NCBI RefSeq assembly: GCF_902713615.1
Contig: NC_052164.1
Span: 77,413,830 to 77,477,829, forward strand
Direction of reading: 5' to 3'
Length of the DNA: 64,000 nucleotides
From: Scyliorhinus canicula
Lineage: Eukaryota
Shown one piece after another: positions 33,064-46,335 of the stretch. The notes beneath the pieces are model-generated. The model had not been told where the DNA came from. It saw only the letters and a program-made list of their open reading frames with translations, and did no database searches. Made by a program: the position numbers and the translations under genes. Position 1 is the first letter of the stretch. Each line of letters opens with the position of its first letter.

Positions 33064-36000
33064 ATGGCTAGCCGACGGGGGAGGGGGGCGGGACGCCCTC
33101 TGATCCAGTTGTTCACCTGAAATGTGAGAGGGTTGAATGGGCCGGTGAAGCGGTCAAGGGTACTGGCTCACCTGAAGGGGCTAAAGGCGGATGTGGCAAT
33201 GCTTCAGGAGACCCACCTGAGGGTGACGGACCAGGTCTGCCTGAGGAAGGGATGGGTGGGGCAGGTTTTCCACTCGGGGTTGGATGTGAGGAACCGGGGA
33301 GTGGCGATTCTGGTGGGGAAAAATGTGTTGTTTGAGGCATCGGAGGTGGTGGCGGATAAGGGGGGTAGGTATGTGATGGTTAGGGGCAGGCTACAAGGAG
33401 AGAAGGTGGTACTGGCTAGTGTGTATGCCCCAAATTGGGACGATGCGGGCTTTATGAGGCGTATGTTGGGATGGATCCCGGATCTGGAGGCGGGAGGTCT
33501 GATAATAGGGGGGGACTTTAATACGGTGTTGGATCCTTCACTGGATCGGTCCAGCTCTAGGACGGGTAGGAGGCCGGCGGCGGCCAAGGTACTGAGAGGG
33601 TTTATGGATCAGATGGGTGGAGTGGATCCATGGAGGTTTGTGAGGCCGAGGGCACGTGAGTACTCTTTCTTCTCCCACGTACATAGGGTCTACTCTCGGA
33701 TAGATTTCTTCGTGGTGAGTAGGGGACTGATTCCGAGAGTGGAGGAGGCCGAGTATTCGGCCATTGCAATCTCTGACCACGCTCCGCATCGGATAGAGTT
33801 GGAAATGGGGGAGGTGCGAGACCAACGTCCGTTGTGGCGGTTGGATGTGGGGTTGTTGGCGGAGGAGGAGGTGTGTAGGAGGGTCCGGGCAAGTATTGAG
33901 GGATACCTTGAGGTGAATGATACGGGGGAGGTTCAGGTGGGGATGGTCTGGGAAGCCCTGAAGGCAGTAATTCGTGGGGAGCTGATATCCATCCGGGCAC
34001 ACAGGGAGAGGAGCGAGAGGAGTGAGAGGGATAGACGGGTGGGAAAGATGCTGGAGGTGGACAGGAGGTATGCAGAGGCACCAGAGGAGGGACTGTTGGG
34101 GGAGAGGCGCAACCTGCAGGCTAAATTTGATTTGCTGACCACTAGAAAGGCTGAGGCACAGTGGAGGAAGGCACAAGGGGCAGTGTACGAACATGGTGAA
34201 AAGGCGAGTAGGATGCTGGCTCATCAGCTCCGTAAGCGGGATGCGGCTAAGGAGATTGCGGGAGTGAGAGACAAGAGTGGGAATGTGGTGCGGAAGGGGG
34301 TAGAGGTGAATGAGGTCTTCAAGGACTTTTACGGGGAACTGTACCAGTCGGAGCCAACGGGGGAGAGGAGGGGAATGGAGAGGTTCCTTGACAGGCTTTC
34401 TTTCCCGAAGGTGCAGGAGGAGAAGGTGGAGGGGCTGGGTGCGCCGATTGAGCTGGAGGAGCTAGTTAAGGGGATCGGGCAGATGCAGCCAGGGAAGGCA
34501 CCGGGGCCGGATGGGTTCCCGGTGGAATTTTATAAAAAGTTTGTGGACCTAGTGGGCCCCTTGCTGGTGCGGACACTCAACGAAGCGTGGGAAGGGGGGA
34601 CTTTGCCCCCGACGATGTCACGGGCGCTGATCTCGTTAATTTTAAAGAAGGACAAGGACCCCCAGCAGTGTGGTTCATACAGGCCCATATCTCTCCTCAA
34701 CGTGGATGCTAAGGTGCTGGCAAAAATCCTGGCCACCAGGATAGAGGACTGTGTGCCAGGGGTTGTGCATGAGGACCAGACAGGTTTTGTGAAAGGAAGG
34801 CAGCTGAACACGAATGTGCGGAGATTTCTGAATGTCATCATGATGCCGGCGATTGAGGGGGAGGCAGAGATAGTGGTGGCGCTGGATGCGGAGAAGGCCT
34901 TCGATAGAGTGGAGTGAGGGTACCTATGGGAGGTGTTGGGGAGGTTTGGATTTGGTGAAGGGTTCATTAGATGGGTAAGGCTGCTATATGAGGCCCCGAT
35001 GGCGTGCGTGGCCACGAATAGGAGGAGGTCGGAGTACTTCCGGCTTTACCGAGGGACCAGGCAGGGTTGCCCCTTGTCCCCCTTCTTGTTTGCACTGGCA
35101 ATCGAGCCGCTGGCGATGGCATTGAGAGATTCAGAGAGGTGGAGAGGCTTGGTGCGAGGTGGAGAGGAACATAGGGTGTCGTTGTATGCCGACGACCTGT
35201 TACTGTATGTGGCGGACCCGGTGGGAGGGATGCCGGGAGTGATGGAGTTACTAGCCGAGTTTGGGACCTTCTCAGGTTATAAATTAAACTTAGGCAAGAG
35301 CGAGGTGTTTGTGGTGCACCCTGGAGACCAGGAGGAAGGAATTGGTAGGCTCCCGCTTAGGCGGGCAGGGGAGAGCTTTAGGTACCTGGGGGTGCAAGTG
35401 GCCAGGGACTGGGGGACTCTCCACAAGCATAACTTTACCAGACTGGTAGATCAGATGGAGGAGGAGTTCAGGAGGTGGGACATGCTGCCATTGTCGTTGG
35501 CGGGGAGGGTGCAGTCCGTCAAAATGACAGTGCTTCCGAGGTTCTTGTTCCTTTTTCAGTGCCTGCCCATATTTATCCCCAGGGCCTTCTTTAGGAGAGT
35601 GACCGGCAGTATTCTGAGCTTTGTGTGGGCACATGGGACTCCGAGAGTGAGGAGGGTATTCCTGGAGCGAGGAAGGGATAGAGGCGGGCTGGCGCTGCCC
35701 AACCTTCTGGGGTACTATTGGGCAGCCAATGTGTCAATGGTGCGTAAATGGGTGATGGAGGGGGGAGGGGCGGCGTGGAAAAGAATGGAGATGGCGTCAT
35801 GTAGAGGTACAAGCCTGGGTGCCATGGTAACGGCACCGTTGCCGCTCTCCCCCAAGAGGGTTACCACGAGCCCGGTGGTGGCGGCGACCCTAAGAATCTG
35901 GGGACAGTGGAGACGGCATCGGGGGGAAACAGGGGGCTCGATGGAGGCTCCACTGGGTGGCAACCATCGGTTCATCCCGGGGAATACGGATGGGGGATTC

Positions 36001-36858
36001 AGGGGATGGCAAAGGGCGGGCATCAGCAAATTGAGGGTCCTGTTTATTGGCGGGAGGTTTGCGGGCCTGGGGGAACTGGAAGATAAATTTGGCCTTCCCC
36101 AGGGGAACATGTTCAGATACCTGCAGGTAAAGGCGTTTGCTAGGCGACAGGTAGAGGGATTCCCTTTGCTGCCCTCGCAGGGGACGATGGACAGAGTGCT
36201 TTCCGGGGTGTGGGTAGGAGAGGGGAAGGTGTCTGACATCTATAAGGTAATGCAGGAGGTGGAGGAGTCGTCAGTGGAGGAGCTGAAGGCTAAATGGGAG
36301 GAGGAACTCGGGGAGCAGATAGAGGATGGGACTTGAACGGAGGCCTTGGAGAGAGTCAACTCCTCCTCCTCATGTGCGAGGCTTAGTCTCATCCAATTTA
36401 AGGTGCTGCACCGGGCCCATATGTCCGGGACTAGGATGAGTAGGTTCTTCGGGGGTGAGGACAGGTGCACCAGATGTTCGGGGAGTCCTGCGAACCACGC
36501 CCATATGTTCTGGGCATGCCCAGCACTGGAAGAATTCTGGAAGAGGGTGGCGGGGACGGTGTCGAGGGTGGTTGGATCCAGGGTCAAACCAGGGTGGGGA
36601 CTCGCGATTTTTGGGGTTGGGGAGGAGCCGGGAGTGCAGGAGGCGAAAGAGGCCGGTGTCCTGGCCTTTGCGTCCCTAGTAGCCCGTCGAAGGATTCTGT
36701 TACAATGGAAGGATGCAAGGCCCCCAAGCGTGGAGACCTGGATCAGTGACATGGCGGGATTTATAAAATTGGAAAAGGTCAAATTTGCCCTGAGAGGATC
36801 AATACAAGGGTTCTATAAACGATGGCAGCCTTTTCTGGACTTCCTGGCTCAGAGATAG
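33064..36858 (+). pseudogene. L1 ORF2 (APE endonuclease, RT, C-terminal Cys motif); single frame with 3 premature TGA
   Basis: LQETH, GGDFN, SRIDFF, SDHAP, PGPDG, LDAEKAFD, QGCPLSP, YADD, CTRC...HMFW.C. TGA at 33118, 34915 and 36334, all at conserved Trp positions. Confidence 0.95.
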
Positions 36859-37234
36859 GTAATGGGGTCAATAGCAGCAGCAACCCGGGGGGGGGGGGGG
36901 GGGGGGGGGGGGGTGCATTATTGTAGTGTTTATTCTGTAACTTTATAGTGTGTTAGTTTGCGTTGTTAAAATGCTGGGTTGTTCATGGGGATGGGGCGAA
37001 TGTATATGATTGTTAATATTGTTATTTTCGGTATTTTACTAAGGTGCGTTATTGTTGTATAAAATCAAAATTTCTCAATAAAAATTATTTTAAAAAAAAA
37101 ACACTGAACTCCTCAAAATCTAAGAAGCTGACAATTTTCAGATATTGAGATTTTAAAAACTTTGTTCAGTCTTAGGATTCGACCATCGCAGAAAAGGGGT
37201 ACATTTACTGTCGATCTCTTAAAAAAATTGCTAC

Positions 37235-37349
37235 CTTCATGAACCACTCCTGTGATGTAGATATACCCACAGCCTCCTTTTCCATTGAGATTTGATACCA
37301 TTGAGGTTGCTATGACCATTAAGGCTCGACCACATTGCCCCGCACTGAT
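37235..37349 (-). other. Speculative leader exon of the Ig gene
   Basis: attacag| acceptor; ATG 37319 gives 28 codons plus 1 nt (phase 1, compatible with the V exon). Weak GTAGCA donor; peptide is not a typical hydrophobic signal. Confidence 0.15.
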
Positions 37350-38091
37350 CTGTAATATTCTAAAAAACTTACCACTGAAAGAATTACCCCATAAATGAGT
37401 TAATGAAAAGCACTGGAGCTTATACGCATCTAACTAAACCACAATGGAAACTGTGGCCAAGTAAATTTCAACAGTGATAAAGGAACAATTTAATAAAGTC
37501 TGTCCCCTCTCTGGCAGTGATGCCACCTTTGAGGATTTCTTTCTCACATTTCAGCATTCATGAGCTCTGACTCTTCCTGAATGTCCTCAGTCGCTGTTGA
37601 TTCTTCCGGTTCTATCTGTTGTCCTCTCACACTGTTTCCACTCAGGCCCCCTCTCTCTCTCTGCTCTCACTATTTAATGTCACTGGTTTACAGTGCAACC
37701 TTCGAAATATGAGTCAAGCAACAGCTTCTGTAGAGGGCTATAGTAGAGGGCTAAACAGCATGTCACACAGCATGATTTAATTGATTTTATTCTTTCTGAA
37801 GTGTCAACAATTTCTCACTCAATTTTTTTTTCATTCAATGGCTGTGTCAGCATTTCTTGTCCAACCCTAATTACCCTTGAAGGGGGCATTTAAGAGTTCA
37901 CTACATTACTGTGGGTCTGGAGTCACATGACCAGGTAAGGACAAAAGGTTTCCTTCCCTAAAGGACATTAGTGAACCAGATGGGTTTTTACAATAATTCA
38001 TTAGACATTTTTTTATTCTAGATTCTTTTCTTAAATTCAAATTTCATCATCTGCAGTGGCGGGATTTGAACCTAGGTCCCCAGAGCATTAT

Positions 38092-38185
38092 GAAAGAGAA
38101 AATGCTGGAAAATCTCAGCAAGTCTGGCAGCATCTGTAGGGAGAGAAAAAAAGCTAACGTTTCGCGTCCAATGACTCTCTGTCAA
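38092..38185 (+). mobile_element. 94-bp short retro-insert (probably a Penelope-like terminal repeat) with 8-bp TSD agcattat; antisense relatives at about 42950-43070 and 52470-52620
   Basis: agcattat at 38084-38091 and 38186-38193; shared aaaatgctggaaaatctcagcaagtctggcagcatctg...agctaacgtttc. The Penelope assignment is an inference. Confidence 0.65.
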
Positions 38186-38539
38186 AGCATTATTCTGGGT
38201 CTCTGGTTTACAAGTTCAGTAACAATACCACTATGCTATCACCTCCCCAATAGAGAGTAGATATTAACTATTACTGTTGTTGAAACGCTCCTATCATTCC
38301 AACTAACTATGTTTGAACTTTAGGACCATAAAGTTCCTTGAGTTGTCCAAGTCTCTTGCTATCTTTCTTGTGGGAGACTGGTAGAATGGCAAGGGGGAAA
38401 AAGCAGAAATAGCTGCCTCCATTTATACTCTTTCTTTGAGGTTTTTGCACCATTACAGCAGCAGATTCTTCAGAATTTCAGGACAAAATTGTCCATCATT
38501 ATTTCACTCATTTGACATTGCCTCAGTCAATTAAGTGCA

Positions 38540-40640
38540 TGCAGTATTTTAAGATGAGCTTTATATATAGCTCTGGAGTTTTTAAAGCAAACTTTTGGGA
38601 TTGCAGGCAGACAAGTCCCCAGGGCCTGATGGCCTATATCGTAGGATCTTAAAGGAAGTGGTCGCGGAGATAATGGATCCATTGGTTTTAATATTCCAAA
38701 ATTCCTTGAATGCGGGAAAGTCCAGTGGATTGGAAAAATTGCTAATGCGATGCCCTTATTCAAAATGGGAGTGAGGCAGAGGGTAGGAAACTATAGACCA
38801 GTCAGTTTAACATCTGTTGTTGGAAAATTGTTAGAATCTATTGTCAAGAAGATCATAACCTAAACCAACAGAGTCAGCATGGTTCTATGAGGCATAAATC
38901 ATGTTTGGCTAATTTGCTAGAGTTCTTCATAGATGTAACAAGCAAATTCGATAATGGGGATCCATTATCAGATGTGGTGGGCGAGATTCTCCGCAAATGC
39001 GGAGAGTCGTAAAGGCTGCTGTGAAACCGGCCGTGTTTCACAGCAGCCTTCACGCCCGTTCCCGGGACCCGATTCCCCCCCCCCCCCCCAATCGGGGCTA
39101 GGAGCGGGACCCCGGGAGTCACAGCGTCGCGGCCTTAATGGCCGTCGACCAAGGTGACGCGCGGCCATCTCCAACCCACGCATGCGCGGGTGACGTCATC
39201 ACGCCATTGACGGAACCCGAGCATGCGCGGTTCCGCATTTCTCCACCGCCGCCCGACAAGATGTGGCGGCTTGATCTTGTCGGGCGGCGGAGGGGAAATA
39301 GTGCGTCCCTTTTGGACACAGGCCCGACGATCGGTGGGTAAAAAATGGCGAGCGACGATTCGTGATGTGGGTCGGGCGAGGGGGGGAGAATAGTGGGATG
39401 GCATGAAAAATGTTGGGAGGCCCTCCCGCTATTTTCCCAACTGGCGTGGGCAGCGGAGAATCGCGCCCGGTGTATCTGGACTCCCAAAAGTCATTTGATA
39501 AGGTTCCGCACAAAAGGTTAATGCACAAGGTAAGATCACATGGAATTCAGGGTAATTTATTATCTTGGATAGAAGATTGGCTAACCGACAAAAAGCAGAA
39601 GGTTGGGATACATGGGTCTTTTTCTGGTTGGCAAGATGTAACTGGTGGAATGCCACATGGTTCGTTCGGTCCTCGGATCCCAACTATTTACAATATATAT
39701 TAATGACTTAGATGCAGGGATAGAAGGTACTACAGCCAAATTTGTAGATGGCACTAAAATAAAATGAGATGAAATGAGGAAATAAAATATTTATAAATGG
39801 ACATAGATAGGTCAAGTGAATGGGTCAAAATTAACAGATGGAGTTTAATGTGGCTAAGTGTGAGGTTATCCATTTTGGTCAGAGAAATGAAAAGGCAACT
39901 TATTATCTAAATGGAGAGAAACATCAGAGTGCTTTGGTGCAGAGGTATTTGGGTATCCTTGTGCATGAATCGCAGAAAACTAGTCAGCAGGTACAGCAGG
40001 AAATAAGGAGGACAAATGGAATTTTGGCCTTTATAGCTAAAGGAACAGAGTATAAATGTAGGGAAGTGTTGATGCAACTGGTCAAGGCATTGGTGAGACC
40101 ACACCTGTGGACAGTTTTCATCCCTTTATTTGAGGTGGGACGTAATTGCATTATGGGCAATTCAGAGGAGGTTCTCTAGATTGAGTCCAGAGATCAGGGA
40201 TTGTCTTATGAAGAGAGATTGAGAAGTTTAGACCTATACTTTCTCAAATTTAGAAGAATGAGAGGGGATCTAATTAAGGTTTATAAAATGAGAAAAGGTA
40301 GAGAAAAAATAGGTAGAGAGCGAATGATTCCTCTTGTGGGGGAAGGTAGAACGAGAGACCATAGTTTTAGGATAAAGGGCAGCAGATTTAAAACTGAGGT
40401 GAGGAGAAATTACTTTTCTCTAAGAGTTGTGAATCCGTGGAATTCAGTACATCAGAGTGTGGGGATGCCAGGACATTGAGTAAATTTTAAGGAGGAGACA
40501 GACAGATTTTTAATTAGCAACGGGTTGAAGGGTTGTGGAGAACAGGCAGAAAAGTGGGGCTGAAGCTGAGATTAGATCAGCCATGATCGTATAGAATGGC
40601 GAGCAAGCTCGAGGGGCTGAATTGCCGACTCCTGCTCCTA
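38540..40640 (+). mobile_element. Degraded CR1 LINE (RT and 3' end) split by a MITE
   Basis: NYRPVSLTS, DVV|YLDSQKSFDKVPH across the MITE, MEFNVAKCEVIHFG, LRVVNPWN. Confidence 0.88.
38979..39468. mobile_element. Harbinger-type MITE, TSD GGT, nested in CR1
   Basis: gggcgagattctcc...ggagaatcgcgccc; removing it plus one GGT restores gatgtggtgtatctggac (DVVYLD). Confidence 0.92.
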
Positions 40641-41018
40641 TTTCTTATGTGCTCATCAAAAGATATTGAGAAAAGGCAGGTCAATGGAGTACAAAGAACA
40701 ATACAGCAGATGAACAGGTCCTTCGGCCCTCCAAGCCTGTACCGGAGTAGAGTTAAAGATCAGCTTGAAAGACATACAGATTTGAAGGGCTGAAAGGACT
40801 ACTTCCTATGTCAATGTACCACTTTTACAACAAAAGAGAAAGGGCTTTAGGTTGTAATAGAGAAGTGGAAACTTTAGTTTGGATCAACAATCTGACTCCC
40901 CAACAAATCAAAGAAGAATTGAAATGCAGACAATCAGGAGTTACTGTCTGCTTGGAGCTTACCTGAATTGGAGAATAACTCCAACCAAAGCAAAGTTTAT
41001 TTTGTCTTTATTTTTATT

Positions 41019-41250
41019 TAAAAAAAATAAATTTAGAGTACCCAATTATTTTTTTTTCCAATTAAGGGGCAATTTAGCATGGCCAACTCACCTACCCTGC
41101 ACATCTTTGGGTTGTGGGGGTGAGACGCACACAGACATGAGGAGAATGTGCAAACTCCACATGGTCAACGACCCGGGGCCAGGATCAAACCCGGGACTTC
41201 AGCGCCGTGAGGCAGCAGTGCTAACCATTGGGTCACTGTGCAGCCCTGTG
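41019..41250 (-). mobile_element. HE1-like tRNA-derived SINE
   Basis: Reverse complement of the gggcagcacggtggc...ggtt..atccc head and taaattgcccc body. Confidence 0.85.
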
Positions 41251-41440
41251 CAAAGTCTATTTTAAAGGTTCTCAGGCTCTTCATTTAAACATCTAAAATC
41301 TTGTTAATATCTTGAGGATGTTTGTCAACCTGCCTGTGCTCGTATGACTTTAAGATGAGCCATGATCACACTGAATGGCAGAACAGGCTGGAGGGACTCT
41401 TAATGACCTCCTCATGTTCCAATGTTAAAAATGCGTCATC

Positions 41441-41670
41441 GGGCAGCACGGTGGCCTAGTGGTTAGCACAACCGCCTCACGGCGTTGAGGTCCCAGGTTC
41501 GATCCCGGCTCTGGGTCACTGTCCGTGTGGAGTTTTCACATTCTCCCCGTGTCTGCATGGGTTTCGCCCCCACAACCCAAAAATGTGCAGAGTAGGTGGA
41601 TTGGCCATGCTAAATTGCCCCAAAATTGGAAAAAATAATTGGGTAATCTAAATTTATTTAAAAAATAAAA
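41441..41670 (+). mobile_element. HE1-like SINE with 14-bp TSD aaaaatgcgtcatc
   Basis: A box tggcctagtgg and B box ggttcgatccc; TSD at 41427-41440 and 41671-41684. Confidence 0.93.
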
Positions 41671-41889
41671 AAAAATGCGTCATCCATGAAGAGTGTTATG
41701 TGCATGCATTAAGCATGCAGGAATACAGTTCCAGTGTGATGAAGTTACAATGGAAGTTGCCATCAACAGTGTAACTCAGATCCACCAACTGATCATCACA
41801 CTGTATCGATATTGACCTGAGTGCTCCGTGTTGTATTGCAGCATCTTTTCATCATCTCTGTCAAAACTATTGACTAACTATGGATTTCT

Positions 41890-42110
41890 TTTTTTTTCAT
41901 AAATTTAGAGTACCCAATTAATTTTTTCCAATTAGGGGCAATTTAGCATGGCCAATCCACTTACCCTGTACATATTTGGGTTGTGGGCGCGAAACCCACG
42001 CAAACACGGGCAGAATGTGCAAACTCCACACGGACAGTGACCAAGAATCGAACCTAGGATGTCAGCGCCATGAGGCAGCAATGCTAACCACTGCGCCACC
42101 GTGCTACCCT
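41890..42110 (-). mobile_element. HE1-like SINE with 15-bp TSD taactatggatttct
   Basis: TSD at 41875-41889 and 42111-42125. Confidence 0.92.
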
Positions 42111-43419
42111 TAACTATGGATTTCTAACCTCTTCTGTCTCCAGCCAGAAGGATATTGATTATCATCACTAATGATAAAAATAACAAGGACTTTGGAAATT
42201 AAGTGTCAAACTTCCAGCATTCCAATAACAAAGTTCCTAAAAGCACTTATTCAACGTCAGGAAGACAGGTCATGCTATTCTCTTTTGAAAAAGATTGATG
42301 CATAATTATCATTTGCTGTAACATGATTAGAATTAATACCCTATACCAGACTGTGTGGATTCAGTTTGTACAGTTACATTTTTTTTGTGGAGTTAAATGC
42401 TCAATTTAACGTGATGACTGGAAATCTCGAGGACAATGGCTACACCCTGTAAAGTCACCTCAAGTGGGGCATAAGGTTGAATAAAGTATTCCATCTGCTA
42501 AACATAACCAGAGACCTATAATACCATAAGGAAAGCCATATTGGTATGTGTTATAACCCACACGAGGCCAACAGGGTGGGAGCAATCACTTTCCCTGTGA
42601 GTCTCACTAAATACGAGCTCCCCCGGGGGGGCGGGCAGCCCCAGATCATTCATGGTTAAATTCAGTATAAAGGTAGCCAAGGATGAAACCGACAGGACAG
42701 ACCCTGCTGGGATCTGATGTATCTTCGAAATAGCTTTGTGTTGCCATAAAGAAAAATGTATTTCTATCAACTCTTCGGACTCGTTTGTGGCCTACGAAAA
42801 TATGATTTTTAAAAGGCAATGAACAGTATGAACGCATGGGAAGGAGGGATTTCAATCTGAAAGAACAAGTGGGTTTGGGGGCAGACGAGGCTTAAAACTG
42901 ACAAAAATGCACATGGAAGCTAAGGTGCCGCTTCCTAACTTTGACAAAGTCATCCAGACTCAAAACGTTAGCTCCCTTCCCTTCCCACGGACATGGTCAG
43001 ATCTGCTGAGATTGTCCGGAATTTCCTGTTTTTGTTTCAGATTCCTGTATCTGCAGTAATTTGCTTTTCGGCCACATCCATGTTTAACTCAAAGGCATTC
43101 GCCCCCTTGCACACGACCCTCTTGGGAGTGCTGGATTACCTATTAACATTCGATAATTGCTCGATTGCAGCAAGATTTTAACGCACTTTTAAAGCTGATG
43201 GTGAATGCATGAGTTTCTTTGCTTCTTGAAAACCAGCATTGAAAACAAATTGAGAGTACAACAACAATTGTGAGGTGGGGGGGACGGGGGACGGTGATTA
43301 AAACTCCCAGAAATACTCAGTACCTGCAGTTTTCTTATCTGCTAGCCAGAAAGAGTTTGTCTACAATATTCTTGCTGTGAGTTATCTTTCTTGACTTTAG
43401 AAGCTTTTTAAAAATCACA

Positions 43420-45180
43420 TCAGGATGGCACCTTGGCAACTTCAGACTTCAGCCAAGGAGCACTATGAGCAACCAGCAGCAGCCTGCTGCTAGGATGCTT
43501 GTCTGGACATCAGCGAGCGTTGCAGCAGAGGGCTGCTGCTGGCAGGAGGCACTAACCAACGCTCAGGCAGAGGCCGAGTTTCCATGACATGCAGGAACAG
43601 CTTGAGGAGGTCCAGGCTCTCATGCATCATGTGCCCTCAGACATCCACGGCCTCCTGGAAGGCTTCTTTCTGCTGAACCTGGTGGCCACACATTTCCAGT
43701 GGGGGTGAATGTCTTCACTGCATTGAATATATTTGCCTCTGGATTCTGTCAGGATTCTGTTGGAGGTACACTCCAGGATCTCCCAGTCAGCAGCCCACAA
43801 ATGCGTTGGAAGCCGTGACCTGATGGGCTGTTTGCCAGGACGAAGACTTATGTGAACCTCACCTGTGCTGACGGCGGTGCTCAGGATTACCTCTCTATCT
43901 GATTGCCCACAGGTGCACTGTGTCATTGACTGCACAGGTGTGTCAACCCAGGTACTCCCACATCGACCAGGACTATTTGTGAACAGCAAAGGTTTCCACG
44001 TCATCAATGTGCAGCTGATGTAAGCCAGTAAAAGTGATTGCGGCTAGTGTGGAAAGATTCTCGAAAAGCTGCCATGCTGCTTTCATCCTGCAGCAGTTCT
44101 AATTCCTGACGTCTTTGGAGATGGAAGCATGTTTAAAGGAGGCCTTCATGGAGGCAAGGAATACCCACTTAGCTAAAGACATTCATCAGCAACCCTACCA
44201 ATGAAACCTAATGGCTGCACAGTGATTGCCCACCAGTGATGACCACCAGATGTGTAAGCAGGCAAGCCATCAACTTGCTGAAGTTTAGTTCAGGTGCTTT
44301 GACAGATGTGGAGGCATCCACCAGTACTCCCAGCGAGGGTACCAAGATAGTCATGATGTGCTGAGATCAGCACACTATCGTTCTGCAAAGGAGTTTGCTC
44401 CTGCCTGAGCAAGGCAAAGAGCATAGGAATATAGCAGATTGCCCGCAGACAATTCGGAGGAGGAAAACGGAGAAATAAATTGACGAGGCAATGTAGCACC
44501 AGCCTCATTGCTGCCAGAGATGCATCGATGCTCTTATTAATTCAAGGTTCACTTAGGTTTGCTCCATAGACTTATGCCCCCCCCCTCAACCCCAGGCAGC
44601 TCTACAAACAACCAATACTTGCACATCTCCTTGTTGGTCCCAATCAATTCAAGTATTCAACTTGATTATCAAACAAATTAAAAGGCAACGTGTCACCCAG
44701 CAACAAGGGCAGGATGGGCAAGACAAACAAAATAATACCATTTACGCGATTGAACCAAAGAACAGAAACTTCACAAGATAACATTTTCTCATGCATTGTC
44801 CAGACACTACTGCAACTAAACAGCTCGACTCTTCATTTTCCTAGCATCTTTCATGATATTACTCTGTGGTTTCAGCAGAGTTAGAGGCAGGCTGCTCAGG
44901 GCCTTACTCTGACTGCTAAAGAGCTCCTGGTTGTTGACCTCTGGGTTTTCGAGCCTGCCTGGGCCGTGCTGATGACTGCCTACTTGCTCCTTGGCAAACT
45001 TGGCCATCAGGACACGAGGCAGCATATTGGAGACGGGCAGTAGAGGAGGTGTGGCAGTGCTTTTAGTGGAGTCCCCACTTTTATGTGACCTTTCACTGTC
45101 ACCCTTCCCATGGAGGAGCTGCACATTACTAATGCCACGCTGCTGGAGGACATTCTGGTGCAGGTCAGTGTAAGGCCAAA
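43420..45180 (+). mobile_element. Older degraded Harbinger: transposase remnant (+, about 43420-44520) and probable Myb-partner C-terminus (-, about 44640-45180)
   Basis: VIDCTGV...LFVNSKGFHVINVQL at about 43920-44020; ALNIFASG at about 43720. Confidence 0.7.
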
Positions 45181-45578
45181 GCTAAGGCACAGTCATCCTA
45201 TTTAAGGACATCACGATATTCGCACCATTATTCACGTCCATATTGAGCATGACCCTGGTCAAACTCTAAAGTAAAATGAGAATGAGCTGGCGATGTTGTC
45301 AATTTCCCACATGATAGCAGAAGTTTTTTTTCTTTGAAAAGAGGAGGCCGAATGGAGGTTTAGTTCAGGTGCATAAAATGATGAGGAAATGATGTGCAGT
45401 GGCTGGAATGACTTATTTCCATTTGCAGAAATATCAATAACCAGGGTGCATCGATTTAAAATAATGATTGGAGAGGAGTTGAGGATAATCTTTTTCACTC
45501 AAACGTTGGAGGGGAGTTGGTTTGGAATTCACAGCCTGAAAAGATGATAAAGGCAAAAGCATTAAAAAAAACGCTTGT

Positions 45579-45795
45579 GGGCAGCACGGTGGCCTAGTGG
45601 TTAGCACAACTGCCTCACGGCGCCGAGGTCCCAGGTTCGATCCCAACTCTGGGTCACTGTCCGCGAGGAGTTTGCACATTCTTCCCGTGTCTGGGTGGGT
45701 TTCGCCCCCACAACCCAAAAAATGTGCAGAGTAGGTGGATTGGCCAGGCTAAATTGCCCCTTAATTGGAAAGAATAATTGGATAATCTAAATTTT
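45579..45795 (+). mobile_element. HE1-like SINE with TSD aaaaaaacgcttg
   Basis: A and B boxes; TSD visible on both sides. Confidence 0.92.
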
Positions 45796-45979
45796 AAAAA
45801 AACGCTTGGATATGCCTTGACTTACCGTAACATACAAGGCTATTGTTCAAGAACTGGAAGGTGTGATTAGACTCCTCTTTAGGCAGTACAGATACGATTG
45901 GCTGAATGGTCTCCTTCTGTGCCATTAATACTTCCTTATTTTTATTTCTATGGGACACTTCATCCCTGCAGCACCTCCG

Positions 45980-46011
<32 letters not shown>

Positions 46012-46124
46012 TCCCCCAACTTGAATCGTACCTCCGAGCCTACATTGGCGCCCAATGTTTATGTGAATTTTATAGGATGTGATCTGTGCTCGCAAACCAA
46101 ATAATTGTTATAACACGATATGCT

Positions 46125-46335
46125 TGGGCTGGATTCTCCATTGCGAGTCCGCCACTCTACTGCTGCTAGTGGGGATGGAGAATCCGGCACGCCTTTTGCT
46201 GGTGGCGGGATTTTTTAATGGGATCAATTTCCCATTGATCCCATCCCATGCTGCCGGGGTACCTGCGGGCAGGAGCACTCTGCCTGCAGGAACAGAGAAC
46301 CCCTCTGCCAGTGAACAGTCGGAGAATTCCAGCCA
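46125..46335. mobile_element. Short Harbinger-type MITE
   Basis: gggctggattctcc...ggagaattccagcc ends. Confidence 0.7.

Larger units (their letters stand above)
31372..37099 (+). mobile_element. Full-length L1-clade LINE with poly(A) and 14-15 bp TSD
   Basis: TSD aacactgaactcctc at 31357-31371 and 37100-37114; 5' gacttccggtgg; AATAAA plus A-tail. Confidence 0.96.

Noticed and set aside
33064-36858. UGA recoding (Trp or Sec) of L1 ORF2
   Set aside because: Nuclear vertebrate code, no SECIS evident; point mutation is sufficient.
40962-41000. CAG|GTAAGC minus-strand donor after a short hydrophobic stretch, as the leader exon
   Set aside because: The phase-1 frame has an upstream TAA and no ATG.
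42500-42880. Unique-looking segment with short ORFs (42516..42770, 42646..42855)
   Set aside because: No recognisable motif or consistent exon boundaries in any frame.
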